Position numbers and translations under genes: made by a program. Of a stretch of DNA of 41,323 nucleotides, positions 8,197 to 17,963 are shown one piece after another. The stretch comes from Armatimonadia bacterium (GTDB lineage Bacteria > Armatimonadota > Zipacnadia > Zipacnadales > UBA11051), in contig JBDKRC010000143.1 of NCBI GenBank assembly GCA_039683575.1, positions 1 to 41,323 on the forward strand, given 5' to 3'. How positions within the stretch are numbered: the stretch's first letter is position 1; each line of letters opens with the position of its first letter. Below the pieces are notes generated by a model. That model saw only the letters and a program-made list of their open reading frames with translations. It searched no databases and was not told where the DNA came from.

Positions 8197-9396
8197 ATGG
8201 GAATCAGAGTCGGTTTCTGCGGCGTTGGCGCTTTCGCCAACTGTTTCATTCCGCTGTTCAAGGCTCATCCGCTCGTGGATGAGGTCATGCTTTGTGATCT
8301 CGATGCGGCCAAGCTCAAGGAGAAGTCCGAGAAGTTTGAGTTGCCGCGTACGTGCAACTCGCTGGACGAGCTGTGCGAGACGGATATGGATGCCATCGCG
8401 GTCTTCAGTCAGAACTGGATGCACGGGCCACAGGCGGCGCAGGCTTTGCGGGCGGGGAAGGATGTGTACTCGGCGGTTCCGGCCGGGATCAGCTTTGAGG
8501 ACATTGAGAATCTGGTCCGGGCGGTGGAAGAGACCGGTAATATCTACATGATCGGCGAGACCAGCTACTACTACCCCGGCGCGATCTACTGTCGGCAGCG
8601 GCTGGCGAACGGGGACTTCGGGCGCGTGGTGTATTCCGAGGGTGAGTATTACCACGACTTTGACCACGGGCTGTATGACGTGATGAAGTGGCGGGGCGGG
8701 GAGAAGTGGCGGGAGATCGCGGGCGGGCCACCGATGCACTACCCGACGCACTCGACCGGGCAGGTTGTTTCGGTGATTGACGCCCACGCTACGCATGTCT
8801 CATGCTTCGGGTTTGTGGACAATCACCCGGACGGGCTTTTCCGCGCCGAGGTCAACATGTGGAAGAACTCGTTCTCGAATGAGACAGGGCTGTTCAAGAT
8901 GTCCGACGGCAGCATGATGCGGATCAATGAATTCCGCCGCGTCGGGCATCCGGGCACCGAGGCCATCAGCATCTATGGCACCGAGGGGTGTTTCGAGCAG
9001 CAGGTAGACGGCCAGATGTGGTCTACCAAGGAGCGCGGGACGCAGGTGGACCTGCGCGATCTGCTCGCCCCGGTGGGGGTGCCGGTGAAGCTCGAGGGGG
9101 AGATGTCGAAGGTGACCGATGCCCTGACGCATACGGGTATGGCGAAGATTCATGATGTTGAGCGGCTGCCCAAGGAGTTCATCGGCCTGCCGAACGGGCA
9201 CCTGGGCGCGCACCAGTTCCTGGTGGACGATTTCGTGAAGTCGTGCGTGGAGCATGTGCAGCCGCCGAACAATGTGTGGCAGGCGGCGCGGTATGTGCTG
9301 CCGGGCTTGACGGCGCATGAGTCGGCGGTGCGGGGCGGGGAGCTACTGGAGATCAGGGACTATGGGGATTGCCCGCATGAGGTTGTGTATTTCTAA
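8197..9396 (+). CDS. Gfo/Idh/MocA family oxidoreductase
   Basis: VGFCGVGAFA Rossmann motif, H..QA.QALRAGKDVYSAVP, GEYYH, YPTH; GGAGG RBS. Confidence 0.9.
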   Translation: MGIRVGFCGVGAFANCFIPLFKAHPLVDEVMLCDLDAAKLKEKSEKFELPRTCNSLDELCETDMDAIAVFSQNWMHGPQAAQALRAGKDVYSAVPAGISFEDIENLVRAVEETGNIYMIGETSYYYPGAIYCRQRLANGDFGRVVYSEGEYYHDFDHGLYDVMKWRGGEKWREIAGGPPMHYPTHSTGQVVSVIDAHATHVSCFGFVDNHPDGLFRAEVNMWKNSFSNETGLFKMSDGSMMRINEFRRVGHPGTEAISIYGTEGCFEQQVDGQMWSTKERGTQVDLRDLLAPVGVPVKLEGEMSKVTDALTHTGMAKIHDVERLPKEFIGLPNGHLGAHQFLVDDFVKSCVEHVQPPNNVWQAARYVLPGLTAHESAVRGGELLEIRDYGDCPHEVVYF

Positions 9397-9447
9397 CGGT
9401 AGAGACACGGAGGCATGACCCGCCCGGCTGGAAGCCGATCGTACAAC

Positions 9448-9806
9448 AGCGGCGGCGGGGTACGGAGCCCCCGCCCTACAGACGGAGCGGCGGCGGGGTA
9501 TGGAGACCCCCCCTGCAGCCGGAGCGGCGGGGTATGGAGACCCCCCCTGCAGCCGGAGCGGCGGCGGGGTATGGAGACCCCCCCTGCAGCCGGAGCGGAG
9601 GGGTACGGAGCCCCCGCCCTACAGCCGGAGCGGCGGCGGGGTACGGAGACCCCGCCCTACAGCCGGAGCGGCGGGGTACGAGCCCCCGCCCTACAGCCGG
9701 AGCGGCGGCGGGGTATGGAGACCCTCCCTGCAGCCGGAGCGGCGGCGGGGTACGGAGCCCCCGCCCTACAGCCGGAGCGGCGGGGTACGGAGCCCCCGCC
9801 CTACAG
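9448..9806. repeat. Head-to-tail tandem array of 10 REP units (34-38 bp)
   Basis: Unit CCGGAGCGG(CGG)CGGGGTA(C/T)GGAG(C/A)CCC(C)(G/C)CCCT(A/G)CAG repeated 10 times with no unique spacers. Confidence 0.95.
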
Positions 9807-9879
9807 CAGCAGATGATCTCGGCTCGGCCCACCGGTCGGCTGGGCGATCGTACTGCGAAAACGTGGGAGAGGCTGATTG

Positions 9880-10974
9880 ATGGCCGTCAAACTTACTCTG
9901 CTGCAATATGATGCTGATAGCGCGACTGAGCGCGAGCTTGCGGGGCTTGACGAGGTGCCGGCGCTGCTGGAGCAGCCGAAGGTTCTGTGGCTGCATGTGC
10001 AGGGCGAACCGGATGAGGAGCTGCTCGCAGGGCTCGCTGGGATCTTCCACCTGCACCCCCTCGCCACTGAGGATGTCGTGACCGGGCCGCAGCGCCCGAA
10101 GGCGGAGGAATACGAAGAGCAGGATTTCATCGTCACGCACATAGCTGAACTGGGCCCCGACAAGCGCCTGAGTTTCCACCAGTTCTCTTTCTTTGCGGGC
10201 AAAAACTATGTCCTGAGCTTCTATGGAGGCGACGAGACGGTCACGGCGGCGGTCCGCACGCGGATTCACACCGGCCGGGGCACGATCCGGCAGCATGGCG
10301 TGGACTACCTGCTATACGCGCTCCTGGACGCGATCGTTGACAGCTACTTCCCGGTACTGGAGGACTTCGGCGAGTATCTTGAGTACGTGCAGGAGCGCGC
10401 GCTACTGCGCGACGATCCGGGCACGATGCGAGAGATCCAGCGCTCCAAGCATGAGCTCCTGCATCTGCGCCGGGTCATCTGGCCCGTGCGCGACCTCCTC
10501 ACAGTCCTCATGCGCGACGACAACAACAACATCTCCCACCCCGTCCGCCAATATCTCCGGGATTGCTACGACCACATCATCCAGCTCATGGACATGACCG
10601 AGACGTATCGGGAGATGGCGGCTGACCTCATGGATGCGTACATGTCGGCCATCAGCAACCGCATGAACTCGATCATGAAGGTGCTGACGATCATCGCCAC
10701 GCTGTTCATGCCCCTGACCTTCATCGTCGGTCTCTACGGGATGAACTTCAATACCAAAGCATCGTCTTGGAATATGCCCGAACTCAACTGGCGGTACGGC
10801 TATCCCTTTACCTGGGCAGTCATGATCGTCGTGGTGGTCATGATGCTGGTCTGGTTCCGCCGGCGTGGCTGGATCGGGCGGTCGGATCTGCCCTGTGTCG
10901 AGGATCTGGAGGAGGGAGAAGCAGCCGGCACCCAATCGCCCGGGACCTGCACCAGGATACGGCGCAGGCGGTAG
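9880..10974 (+). CDS. corA: Magnesium/cobalt transporter CorA
   Basis: LHPLATEDV..QRPK.EEY, DYLLYALLDAIVDSYF, MN.IMKVLTIIATLFMPLTFIVGLYGMNF, MPEL.W.YGY. Confidence 0.95.
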   Translation: MAVKLTLLQYDADSATERELAGLDEVPALLEQPKVLWLHVQGEPDEELLAGLAGIFHLHPLATEDVVTGPQRPKAEEYEEQDFIVTHIAELGPDKRLSFHQFSFFAGKNYVLSFYGGDETVTAAVRTRIHTGRGTIRQHGVDYLLYALLDAIVDSYFPVLEDFGEYLEYVQERALLRDDPGTMREIQRSKHELLHLRRVIWPVRDLLTVLMRDDNNNISHPVRQYLRDCYDHIIQLMDMTETYREMAADLMDAYMSAISNRMNSIMKVLTIIATLFMPLTFIVGLYGMNFNTKASSWNMPELNWRYGYPFTWAVMIVVVVMMLVWFRRRGWIGRSDLPCVEDLEEGEAAGTQSPGTCTRIRRRR

Positions 10975-10985
10975 GCCCCGACCGT

Positions 10986-11073
10986 TGCCGGGGTCGCGGT
11001 CTGGAGACCGCTCCCACTATTGTGGGGAGACAACTCCCGCTGCCGGGGGTCGCGGTCTGGAGACCGCTCCCAC
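10986..11073. repeat. Two direct copies of a GTGG-type REP
   Basis: GGGTCGCGGTCTGGAGACCGCTCCCAC at about 10991 and 11047; related copies near 11528 and 19843. Confidence 0.85.
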
Positions 11074-11126
11074 CGCCTGGGGGAGGGCAGGAAACCTCGG
11101 TCCAGAGCGCGAACTTCGTTAGCGAT

Positions 11127-11495
11127 ATGACTGCACATTACCGCTGTTTGCTTGTCGCACTGGCTGTACTGGTTCTCGTTCTCCTGCCGGGTTGCCGTGG
11201 GCGTAGCGCCGGCGACGTCTCACAGCTTCTCATCAGCGACCAGCGCCAGAATATCGATGATGACCGGGGCGAGGTGCTGGTGTACGGGCGGCTTGAGAAC
11301 ACGGGCGCGGGGCACTTTTCCAGGGTTGAGATTCATGCGACCCTGTGGTCCCGCGGCGGCGACAAGGCTGGCGAGAACAGCGTCTTTGTCGAGAACGTAC
11401 AGCCCAAAGAGAAGCGGGACTTCGCGCTGAAGGTCACGGCGCACGCCCGTGTGTCCGATGTGGACCTGGAGGTCCGCATCCCGGAAGGGCCCTAG
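11127..11495 (+). CDS. Lipoprotein, FxLYD-like Ig-fold domain
   Basis: Hydrophobic leader with lipobox LPGC; VYGRLENTG...VEIHATLWSRGGDKAG...ENVQPKEKRDF. Confidence 0.7.
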   Translation: MTAHYRCLLVALAVLVLVLLPGCRGRSAGDVSQLLISDQRQNIDDDRGEVLVYGRLENTGAGHFSRVEIHATLWSRGGDKAGENSVFVENVQPKEKRDFALKVTAHARVSDVDLEVRIPEGP

Positions 11496-11645
11496 AGGGT
11501 GCTTCGGAGCCTCTCCGCCACGCGCCGGTCGGGCTCTGGAGAGGCCATCCCACGGGTCTTGGAAGGGCTTATAGAGCGGAGCCAGAGACCGCGTACCCTC
11601 ACACCTGAGCATGTGGACCTGCGAGGTCCGAAAGAGGTGGCGACT

Positions 11646-12638
11646 GTGTCAGAGGTCCAGCCAGTTGTAAGCGGAGCGCTGCGCGCGGTCATCGTCGGCG
11701 CCTCGGGCATCGGGAAGCACCACGCGAAGTGGCTGAACGCCCTCGGCGCACAGGTTGTCGCCATCGTCGGCTCCAGCCCCGATTCCGCCGCCGCCACCGC
11801 CCAGAAACTCCAGGATGAGTTCGGCTTTCACCCCCGCGCCTATGATAGCATCACCACCATGCTGAGCGAGGAAGACCCCGACCTCGTCCATATCTGCACC
11901 CCCCCGGAGAAGCACTTCGAGCACGTAATGTCTGTGGCTCCGCACCGGTGCCATGTGCTGTGCGAGAAGCCGCTGACCTGGGATGAGGCCAAGTCGGCGG
12001 TCCAGTTGCTCGACGAAGCCCGGCAGATGGTGAAGGCCACGAGCCAGCCCGGGCGGCAGGCAGCAGTCAACCTCCAGTACACCCTCGCCCCCCGCGCGTA
12101 CCATGCGCTTTGTCTGAAGCTCGGCCAGGGCGCCGAGCCGCCACGGCAGTTCTTCATGCACATGGACTCCAAGCGGGAGCGGAACGTCTATGACATCATC
12201 TGGCGAGAGCTGTCACCGCACTGTCTGAGCGTGATGAGGGCCTTTTGCGGAGCAGGGATCGTGGACTACCAGACCGCGCGTCTGACCCTCGCCGAGCGGC
12301 AATGCCGGGCGCAGTTTGTGTATGAGCGAGAGGACGGCGGGGAGTGCGAGTGTGAGATAGTGGTCGGCACGGAGACGGAGAGGCCGCTTACACGCCGGTT
12401 CGGGATCAACGGCCTGGTCGTTGACTACGAGGGGCGCAATGATGCCAAGGGCGTGTTCCGCACGTACCTGAAGAGCGACGGGGTCGAGGCGGAGAGCGAT
12501 GACTTCATGTATCTGTCGATGCGTGAGCTTCTGCTGGCGGTGACGGGACAGATTCCGGAGCCGCCGGCGACTTTGGCGGAGGGATTGCGCAACGAGGAGA
12601 TGCAGCTTGAGATCCTGGCGCGGGGGAAGAGAGTGTGA
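11646..12638 (+). CDS. Gfo/Idh/MocA family oxidoreductase (divergent C-terminal half)
   Basis: AVIVGASGIGKHH, DLVHICTP..KH, HVLCEKP; GAGG RBS before GTG at 11646. Confidence 0.8.
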   Translation: MSEVQPVVSGALRAVIVGASGIGKHHAKWLNALGAQVVAIVGSSPDSAAATAQKLQDEFGFHPRAYDSITTMLSEEDPDLVHICTPPEKHFEHVMSVAPHRCHVLCEKPLTWDEAKSAVQLLDEARQMVKATSQPGRQAAVNLQYTLAPRAYHALCLKLGQGAEPPRQFFMHMDSKRERNVYDIIWRELSPHCLSVMRAFCGAGIVDYQTARLTLAERQCRAQFVYEREDGGECECEIVVGTETERPLTRRFGINGLVVDYEGRNDAKGVFRTYLKSDGVEAESDDFMYLSMRELLLAVTGQIPEPPATLAEGLRNEEMQLEILARGKRV

Positions 12639-12695
12639 ACTGCAGGTGACGGAGGGGGGCCTGATGAGCACGATGAGGCGGTGGTCATTGGAGGT

Positions 12696-12740
12696 TTGTC
12701 GGTGATGACGGCCGGCGGGGTACGAGCCCCCGCCCTACAG
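12696..12740. repeat. Single REP with shared tail
   Basis: TTGTCGGTGATGACGGCCGGCGGGGTACGAGCCCCCGCCCTACAG, identical in core to the copies at 1613 and 1763. Confidence 0.9.
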
Positions 12741-12791
12741 TGACGCAGCGTGGTGCGGACTATCCTGATCGTGTGTTGAGGAGTGGTTGTC

Positions 12792-14039
12792 ATGGTTGAG
12801 TACAATCCGCGTCAGGCTGCTTTGCAGCAGTTGGCGGAGGCAGCCGAGAGGATCAACCTGTCGCCGGCGATTCATGAGAAGTTGAAGTACCCCAAGCGCA
12901 TCCTCACGGTCTCAATCCCCACTGCCATGGATGATGGCACGGAGCGGGTCTATACGGGCTACCGCGTCCAGCACAGCATGGAGCGCGGGCCGTGCAAGGG
13001 CGGGATACGGTACCACCCGGACGTTACGCTGGATGAAGTAACCGCGCTGGCGATGTGGATGACGTGGAAGTGCGCGGTGGTCAACATCCCCTTTGGTGGA
13101 GCGAAAGCGGGCGTCATCTGCGATCCGAAGCATATGTCGCAGCGGGAACTGGAGCGCATGACGCGGCGCTTTGCGAGCGAGCTTTTGCCGATCATCGGCC
13201 CGGAGATGGACATTCCGGCCCCGGACGTCTACACGAACGCACAGGTCATGGCCTGGATCATGGATACCTACTCCATGAACAAGGGGTATGTGGTGCCGGG
13301 CGTGGTCACGGGGAAGCCGTTGGAGCTTGGCGGGTCACTCGGGCGGGAGACGGCGACCGCCCGCGGGTGCGCCTTCTGCATTCAGGAGACGCTGGCGGCC
13401 CTGAATATGAGCGCGCAGGATATCTGTGTTGCCGTCCAGGGCTTTGGCAATGCCGGGAGCTACTGCGCGATGTTCGCGCAGCAGTCCGGAGCGAAGGTCG
13501 TGGCGGTGTCCGACAGCCATGGAGGCATCTACTGCCATCAGGGCCTGAACGTTCCAGCGCTGATGAGACACAAGCAGGAGACCGGGAGCGTCGTGGGCTT
13601 TCAGGGCTGTGACGAGATCACGAATGAGGAGCTGCTTGAAGTCCAGTGTGAAGTCCTGATTCCGGCGGCGCTCGAGAATGTCATCACGACTGACAACGCC
13701 TCGCGGATCAGAGCGCGCATTGTGGCCGAGGCGGCGAATGGGCCGACCACTCCGGATGCGCAACGCATTCTTGATGAGAACAATATCTTCGTCATCCCGG
13801 ACATCCTGGCGAATGCCGGGGGGGTGACGGTGTCCTATTTCGAGTGGGTGCAGTCAAACCAGGCCAGGTACTGGGATGCTGAGGACGTAGACAAGCGGCT
13901 GCGGGAAATCATGGTCAACGCCTTCCAGGCCGTGTACAAGGAGAGCCGGGACCGCAAGGTCAACATGCGTGACGCGGCCCTCAACATTGCAGTGGGGAGA
14001 GTTGCCAGGGCTCAGGAACTGCGGGGAATCTATCCCTGA
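12792..14039 (+). CDS. gdhA: Glutamate dehydrogenase (Glu/Leu/Phe/Val dehydrogenase family)
   Basis: GYRVQH..RGPCKGGIRYHP, MTWKCAVV.IPFGGAK, DIPAPDV, VVTGKP..LGGS.GR..ATARG, VQGFGNAG, EAANGPTT, PDILANAGGVTVSYFEWVQ. Confidence 0.95.
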   Translation: MVEYNPRQAALQQLAEAAERINLSPAIHEKLKYPKRILTVSIPTAMDDGTERVYTGYRVQHSMERGPCKGGIRYHPDVTLDEVTALAMWMTWKCAVVNIPFGGAKAGVICDPKHMSQRELERMTRRFASELLPIIGPEMDIPAPDVYTNAQVMAWIMDTYSMNKGYVVPGVVTGKPLELGGSLGRETATARGCAFCIQETLAALNMSAQDICVAVQGFGNAGSYCAMFAQQSGAKVVAVSDSHGGIYCHQGLNVPALMRHKQETGSVVGFQGCDEITNEELLEVQCEVLIPAALENVITTDNASRIRARIVAEAANGPTTPDAQRILDENNIFVIPDILANAGGVTVSYFEWVQSNQARYWDAEDVDKRLREIMVNAFQAVYKESRDRKVNMRDAALNIAVGRVARAQELRGIYP

Positions 14040-14067
14040 GGATGATGATGAAGTAGAAGAAGGTTTG

Positions 14068-14108
14068 CGTCCCGGCTGCGACGAACGGTAGCCGGGACGT
14101 TTGCTTTT
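14068..14108 (+). terminator. Intrinsic terminator of gdhA
   Basis: Stem CGTCCCGGCTGC / GTAGCCGGGACG followed by TTTGCTTTT. Confidence 0.7.
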
Positions 14109-14288
14109 CCTGTAGTGAACATGCCGTTCCGCTCCGGATTACGGGGAGGTGCCGGGGCGTTTTCGCGGTGACCGGGCGTCCAAGTGGCTGCCTTCGTGGG
14201 GTCTGGGGGATCGTTCGAGCGCGATGTCGTTTCCTCCCGCCGTCACACCAGAACACAGTCCTGGGATGAGAGGCGGACAAGGCTTCGA

Positions 14289-14921
14289 ATGTTACGCTCG
14301 GCGAACGACGCCCGTGCTGAGGGCTTCACGCTCATCGAGATGCTCATCGTCGTCAGTATCATTGTGATTCTGGCGGCGATTCTGATGCCCGTGTGCGAGA
14401 TGGCCAACAAGCGGGCGGAGATGCTGCACTGCCAGTCCAGCATGCGCAGCCTCAGCATGGCCGCGGCCCTGTATGCTGAGGACGCTGACGGTGTGCTCGT
14501 CCCCGCCTGGAGCAACTACGGTCCCGCCGGTACGATCGGGACCGGCTGGGACGTTCCCCTGCTTCAGTACCACCACAACGACCAGTTGTACATATGCCTG
14601 AGCGACCCCACCCCGAACTGGGCCAGCAACCTGGTCTGCTACAAGCACAGCTATGGGATCAACTTTGCGCCCACGATGGTGGGGGGATATGCCGGCTCGG
14701 CGGTGTGTCTGGGAGAGGTAGAGACGCCGTCAGAGGTTATCATCTTCTTTGAGCTTGTGGGCAGCAGCCGAACCCTCGGTGCGAACTACGAGGTGCACCA
14801 ACTGACGCGGGTGGATCCGCGGCATAACGACGGTGGCAACTTCTCCTACCTCGACGGACATGCGAAGTGGTATCAACCGCGGCGCACGGTGACCCCGATC
14901 AACCAGTGGCGGCTGCACTGA
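14289..14921 (+). CDS. Prepilin-type N-terminal cleavage/methylation protein (DUF1559-like, H-X9-DG C-terminal motif)
   Basis: GFTLIEMLIVVSIIVILAAILMP; C.S.M..L..A..LYAED; C-terminal RHNDGGNFSYLDGHAKW. Confidence 0.9.
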   Translation: MLRSANDARAEGFTLIEMLIVVSIIVILAAILMPVCEMANKRAEMLHCQSSMRSLSMAAALYAEDADGVLVPAWSNYGPAGTIGTGWDVPLLQYHHNDQLYICLSDPTPNWASNLVCYKHSYGINFAPTMVGGYAGSAVCLGEVETPSEVIIFFELVGSSRTLGANYEVHQLTRVDPRHNDGGNFSYLDGHAKWYQPRRTVTPINQWRLH

Positions 14922-14931
14922 CCCTCGACAT

Positions 14932-15056
14932 GGAGGGGCCGAATGTCGACAGCCACGCCGTCGACATTCGGCCCACGCCGTTATCCCCGACCAACCCTCT
15001 TCTCTACGGACTTCCCCTTAAGCCCCCACCCTGTACGAGCGATCACCGATCGCGAC
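14932..15056. repeat. Two REP-like elements in inverted orientation relative to the rest of the window
   Basis: GGAGGGGCCGAATGTCGAC-loop-GTCGACATTCGGCCC..GCCGTTATCCCCGACCAA (15-bp IR 14936-14950/14960-14974); GTACGAGCGATCACCGATCGCGAC at 15033. Confidence 0.75.
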
Positions 15057-15174
15057 CGACCCTCGCGCTCTTCTCGACGCAGGTTCCCGCACTTCCAACG
15101 ACGAATTGCCCTGACAACTCGACAATACTGTGCGACGCCGCCATGTCAGCACTCTCACGAGGGGAGATACCTCG

Positions 15175-15702
15175 ATGGCAACCAGGTTCTGGGTCTTTGC
15201 CGACAAACCTGAGGGCACATACGGTCACAGGATCTGGGATATGTCCTGGATCATCCCAAACCGGCGCTACACTCTCAAGAAGTCGGAGCGCCAGCGCTCC
15301 CAGGTGCGGGTTGGCGACGTCGTGTACATGCGCATCTACGGGCAGGCCTACATCGGCCGCTTTGTGGTCGGCGGGCACTGGCAGCCGTGCCCCGAACTCG
15401 ACGTAAACGAGCTGGCGCCGGACAATCCGCCCGGGACCTTCGCCATGAGAGACGTGGTCCTTTGGTCGCCGCCCGTACGACAGGACCTTGTGCTTCACCA
15501 TCTCTCCAACGGCAATCTCCGCGCCCGCGTGATCGAAATCACGCGCGAGGACGGCCTACTTATTGAGGCGGTCCAACGGGACCCCACTTGCGTCCGCCGC
15601 GAGCTTTCTCGGACCAACAGCACACCGAGCCTCAGAGACGAAATCGCCGTCCTGAAGGCGAAAGTCGCCGGATTGGAAGCGAGACTGGAGAAATCCTCAT
15701 GA
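15175..15702 (+). CDS. Hypothetical protein, EVE/PUA-like domain plus C-terminal coiled coil
   Basis: N-terminal RFWVF, Q(V)RVGDVVYMR...IGRFVV, ...VIEITRED..LI resemble the EVE domain; heptad tail LRDEIAVLKAKVAGLEARL; ATGA overlap with the next gene. Confidence 0.55.
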   Translation: MATRFWVFADKPEGTYGHRIWDMSWIIPNRRYTLKKSERQRSQVRVGDVVYMRIYGQAYIGRFVVGGHWQPCPELDVNELAPDNPPGTFAMRDVVLWSPPVRQDLVLHHLSNGNLRARVIEITREDGLLIEAVQRDPTCVRRELSRTNSTPSLRDEIAVLKAKVAGLEARLEKSS

Positions 15703-17246
15703 CTCAATCAGAAGCCCAGAAACTAATCGCGGAGGTCCTCGTCCTCCGCAATACCATCGCCTATCGCGACGAGGAGAATGAACTCATCGCCTCCGGCAAG
15801 GTCCTGAACTCGCAGGTTGGGGGCAAGGACGTTCGCGAGCGGTCGGCGCAACTGCGCGAGATGGCGCCGGGGCCGCTCATCCTGCAATCCGACCTGGAGA
15901 CCGGCAGCTACTTCGCTGCCGATGGCACCGAGATTCCGCCGCTGATGGCGCTCGGGGCCGCCGATGACGAGCAACTGGCCTATGATTGGGGTTTCGCGGT
16001 CGGGCTGGAGGGGTTGCGGTTGGGGCTCGATGTGACCTGGAGCCCGGTGCTCGATATCAACACCAATCCGGACAACCCGATCATCAACGTGCGGTCGTTT
16101 GGGGAGAAGGTTGACCTCGTGTCGCGTCTGGGGGCGGCACTTACCCGCGGGATGCTGGCTTCGGGGCTGACGCCGTGCGCCAAGCATTGGCCGGGGCATG
16201 GGGACGTGGCTGTGGACAGCCATATCTCGCTGCCGACACTGCCGCTGACGCGGGAGCGGCTTGAGACCGTCGAGTGGGAGCCGTACCGGCAGGCGCGGCG
16301 GGCGGGGCTTGAGTGCATCATGACGGCGCACCTGCTGGTGACTGACATTGACCCGGAGAATTGCGCTACCGTGAGCCCGACGCTGATTGGGATGCTCAAG
16401 AAGGACCTGGGCTTCCCGGGGCCGATCTTCACCGACTCGCTTGGCATGGAGGGGCTGCGGCTGACGCTGGATTCGGCAGAGGCGGCGTGGAAAGCGGTGG
16501 TCGCCGGGCATGACCAAGTTCTGGTAGACTATAAGCGGTCTCCTGTGGAGAGCTATGAGGCGGTTTTGGCTGCGGCGGTGGATGGACGGATACCGGAAGC
16601 GCGGTTGCGGGAGGCTGCGGCCACCGTTCGGGCGTTTAAGGCCAGGCGTGCGGCTGTCGGGGCGCCACCGGACGACGCTGAGATTCGGGAGACGCTGCAC
16701 GACATGGCGCGGCGGGTGGCGGAGGCTTCGATCACGGCGTATCGCCCCGGAGAGGCTTTCGCGCCGGGGGCCAAGCCGCTTTTGGTTATCTGCGACGATC
16801 TGGCCAGCCGTGGCGTGGGTCTGGCCGACGAGCAGAAGGCTACGGGGCTGCAGGGGACGCATCCGCTGGCTAAGGAGCTAACGGCCAGACTGCCGTTTGA
16901 GGTGCTGGTGTTCGAAGAGGCGCCGACGGCCGAGAATCTCGCGCAGCTCAAAGCGGCAGCAGCAGCGGCCAGCGACGTCATTGGGGCGACTTTCGCGCAC
17001 ATTGTTTGCTATAAGGGCGAGGGCGTGCGTCTGCCGGCGCCGCAGGTGGCGATGTGGAAGGACCTGGCGGCGACTGGCAAGCTGCGGCAGATGCTGCTGT
17101 TCGAGTCGCCGTATGCCCTGTCTGATCTGCCGGAGAAACTGCCGGTGGTGGTTGGCTATGGAGCCGACAGCTTTACGCTGAAGGCGGCAGCCAAGGCCCT
17201 GCTGGGCGAGGCTTCCTGCACTGGCAAGCTGCCTGTCACTGTCTAG
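15699..17246 (+). CDS. GH3 glycoside hydrolase, NagZ-like beta-N-acetylhexosaminidase
   Basis: SPVLDINTNPDNPIINVRSFGE, KHWPGHGDVAVDSH (NagZ-type D-S-H motif), IMTAHL, IFTDSLGM, C-terminal GKLPV. Confidence 0.9.
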   Translation: MTQSEAQKLIAEVLVLRNTIAYRDEENELIASGKVLNSQVGGKDVRERSAQLREMAPGPLILQSDLETGSYFAADGTEIPPLMALGAADDEQLAYDWGFAVGLEGLRLGLDVTWSPVLDINTNPDNPIINVRSFGEKVDLVSRLGAALTRGMLASGLTPCAKHWPGHGDVAVDSHISLPTLPLTRERLETVEWEPYRQARRAGLECIMTAHLLVTDIDPENCATVSPTLIGMLKKDLGFPGPIFTDSLGMEGLRLTLDSAEAAWKAVVAGHDQVLVDYKRSPVESYEAVLAAAVDGRIPEARLREAAATVRAFKARRAAVGAPPDDAEIRETLHDMARRVAEASITAYRPGEAFAPGAKPLLVICDDLASRGVGLADEQKATGLQGTHPLAKELTARLPFEVLVFEEAPTAENLAQLKAAAAAASDVIGATFAHIVCYKGEGVRLPAPQVAMWKDLAATGKLRQMLLFESPYALSDLPEKLPVVVGYGADSFTLKAAAKALLGEASCTGKLPVTV

Positions 17247-17281
17247 TGGACGTACCGATCTAGCAACTCACGGAGTAGAAA

Positions 17282-17938
17282 TTGGTAGAACACATTCTGA
17301 CTGTTATTGGCACGTTCATAGTGGGCACGATCTCCGCGATGGGGTATGGCGGGATTGTGCTGCTCATGGGCATTGAGAGTGCGTGTATTCCGCTGCCCTC
17401 CGAAGTGATCATGCCCTTTGCGGGCTTTCTGGTCTTCAAGGGCGAAATGAGCCTGTGGCTGGCGGGGTTGGCGGGAGCCATTGGTTGTGTGGCCGGGTCA
17501 GTTCCGGCGTACTATCTGGGCATGTACGGGGGCAGGCCGGTCATCGAGAAGTGGGGCCGCTATGTTCTGATGTGCCCGCATGACCTCGACCTGGCTGACC
17601 GGTGGTTTGCCAAGCATGGCGACATCACGGTGTTCATCGCGCGCCTGCTGCCGGTCGTGCGGACCTTCATTGCCTTCCCCGCAGGTGTGAACCGGATGAA
17701 CATGCGGCGGTTCATCATCTACACGTTCGCGGGCAGCTTCCCGTGGTGTCTGGGGCTGGCCTATGCCGGTCAGAAGCTTGGCGAGAACTGGCAGGGCCTC
17801 AAGGTGTACTTCCACCAGTTTGATGCTGTGATCGGGATCGTGCTGGTGGTCGGCCTCGCGCTGTGGATCTACCGCCACACCCGTTCGCGGCGGGACCCGA
17901 GTTGCGATGCCCCGCAGGAAGACCAGAAGGCTGAATAG
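17282..17938 (+). CDS. DedA family membrane protein
   Basis: MGIESACIPLPSEVIMPFAG, F.ARLLPVVRTFIAFPAG..RM...RF..YTF.GS.PW. Confidence 0.95.
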   Translation: MVEHILTVIGTFIVGTISAMGYGGIVLLMGIESACIPLPSEVIMPFAGFLVFKGEMSLWLAGLAGAIGCVAGSVPAYYLGMYGGRPVIEKWGRYVLMCPHDLDLADRWFAKHGDITVFIARLLPVVRTFIAFPAGVNRMNMRRFIIYTFAGSFPWCLGLAYAGQKLGENWQGLKVYFHQFDAVIGIVLVVGLALWIYRHTRSRRDPSCDAPQEDQKAE

Positions 17939-17963
17939 ACGCCTGATTTGGTGAGGCATTGGC

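Noticed and set aside
9448..9806. CRISPR array
   Set aside because: Units are contiguous with no unique spacers, the repeat matches a dispersed REP, and there are no cas genes in the window.
9415..9911. Several short repetitive ORFs over the tandem array
   Set aside because: They are translations of the REP array in different frames.
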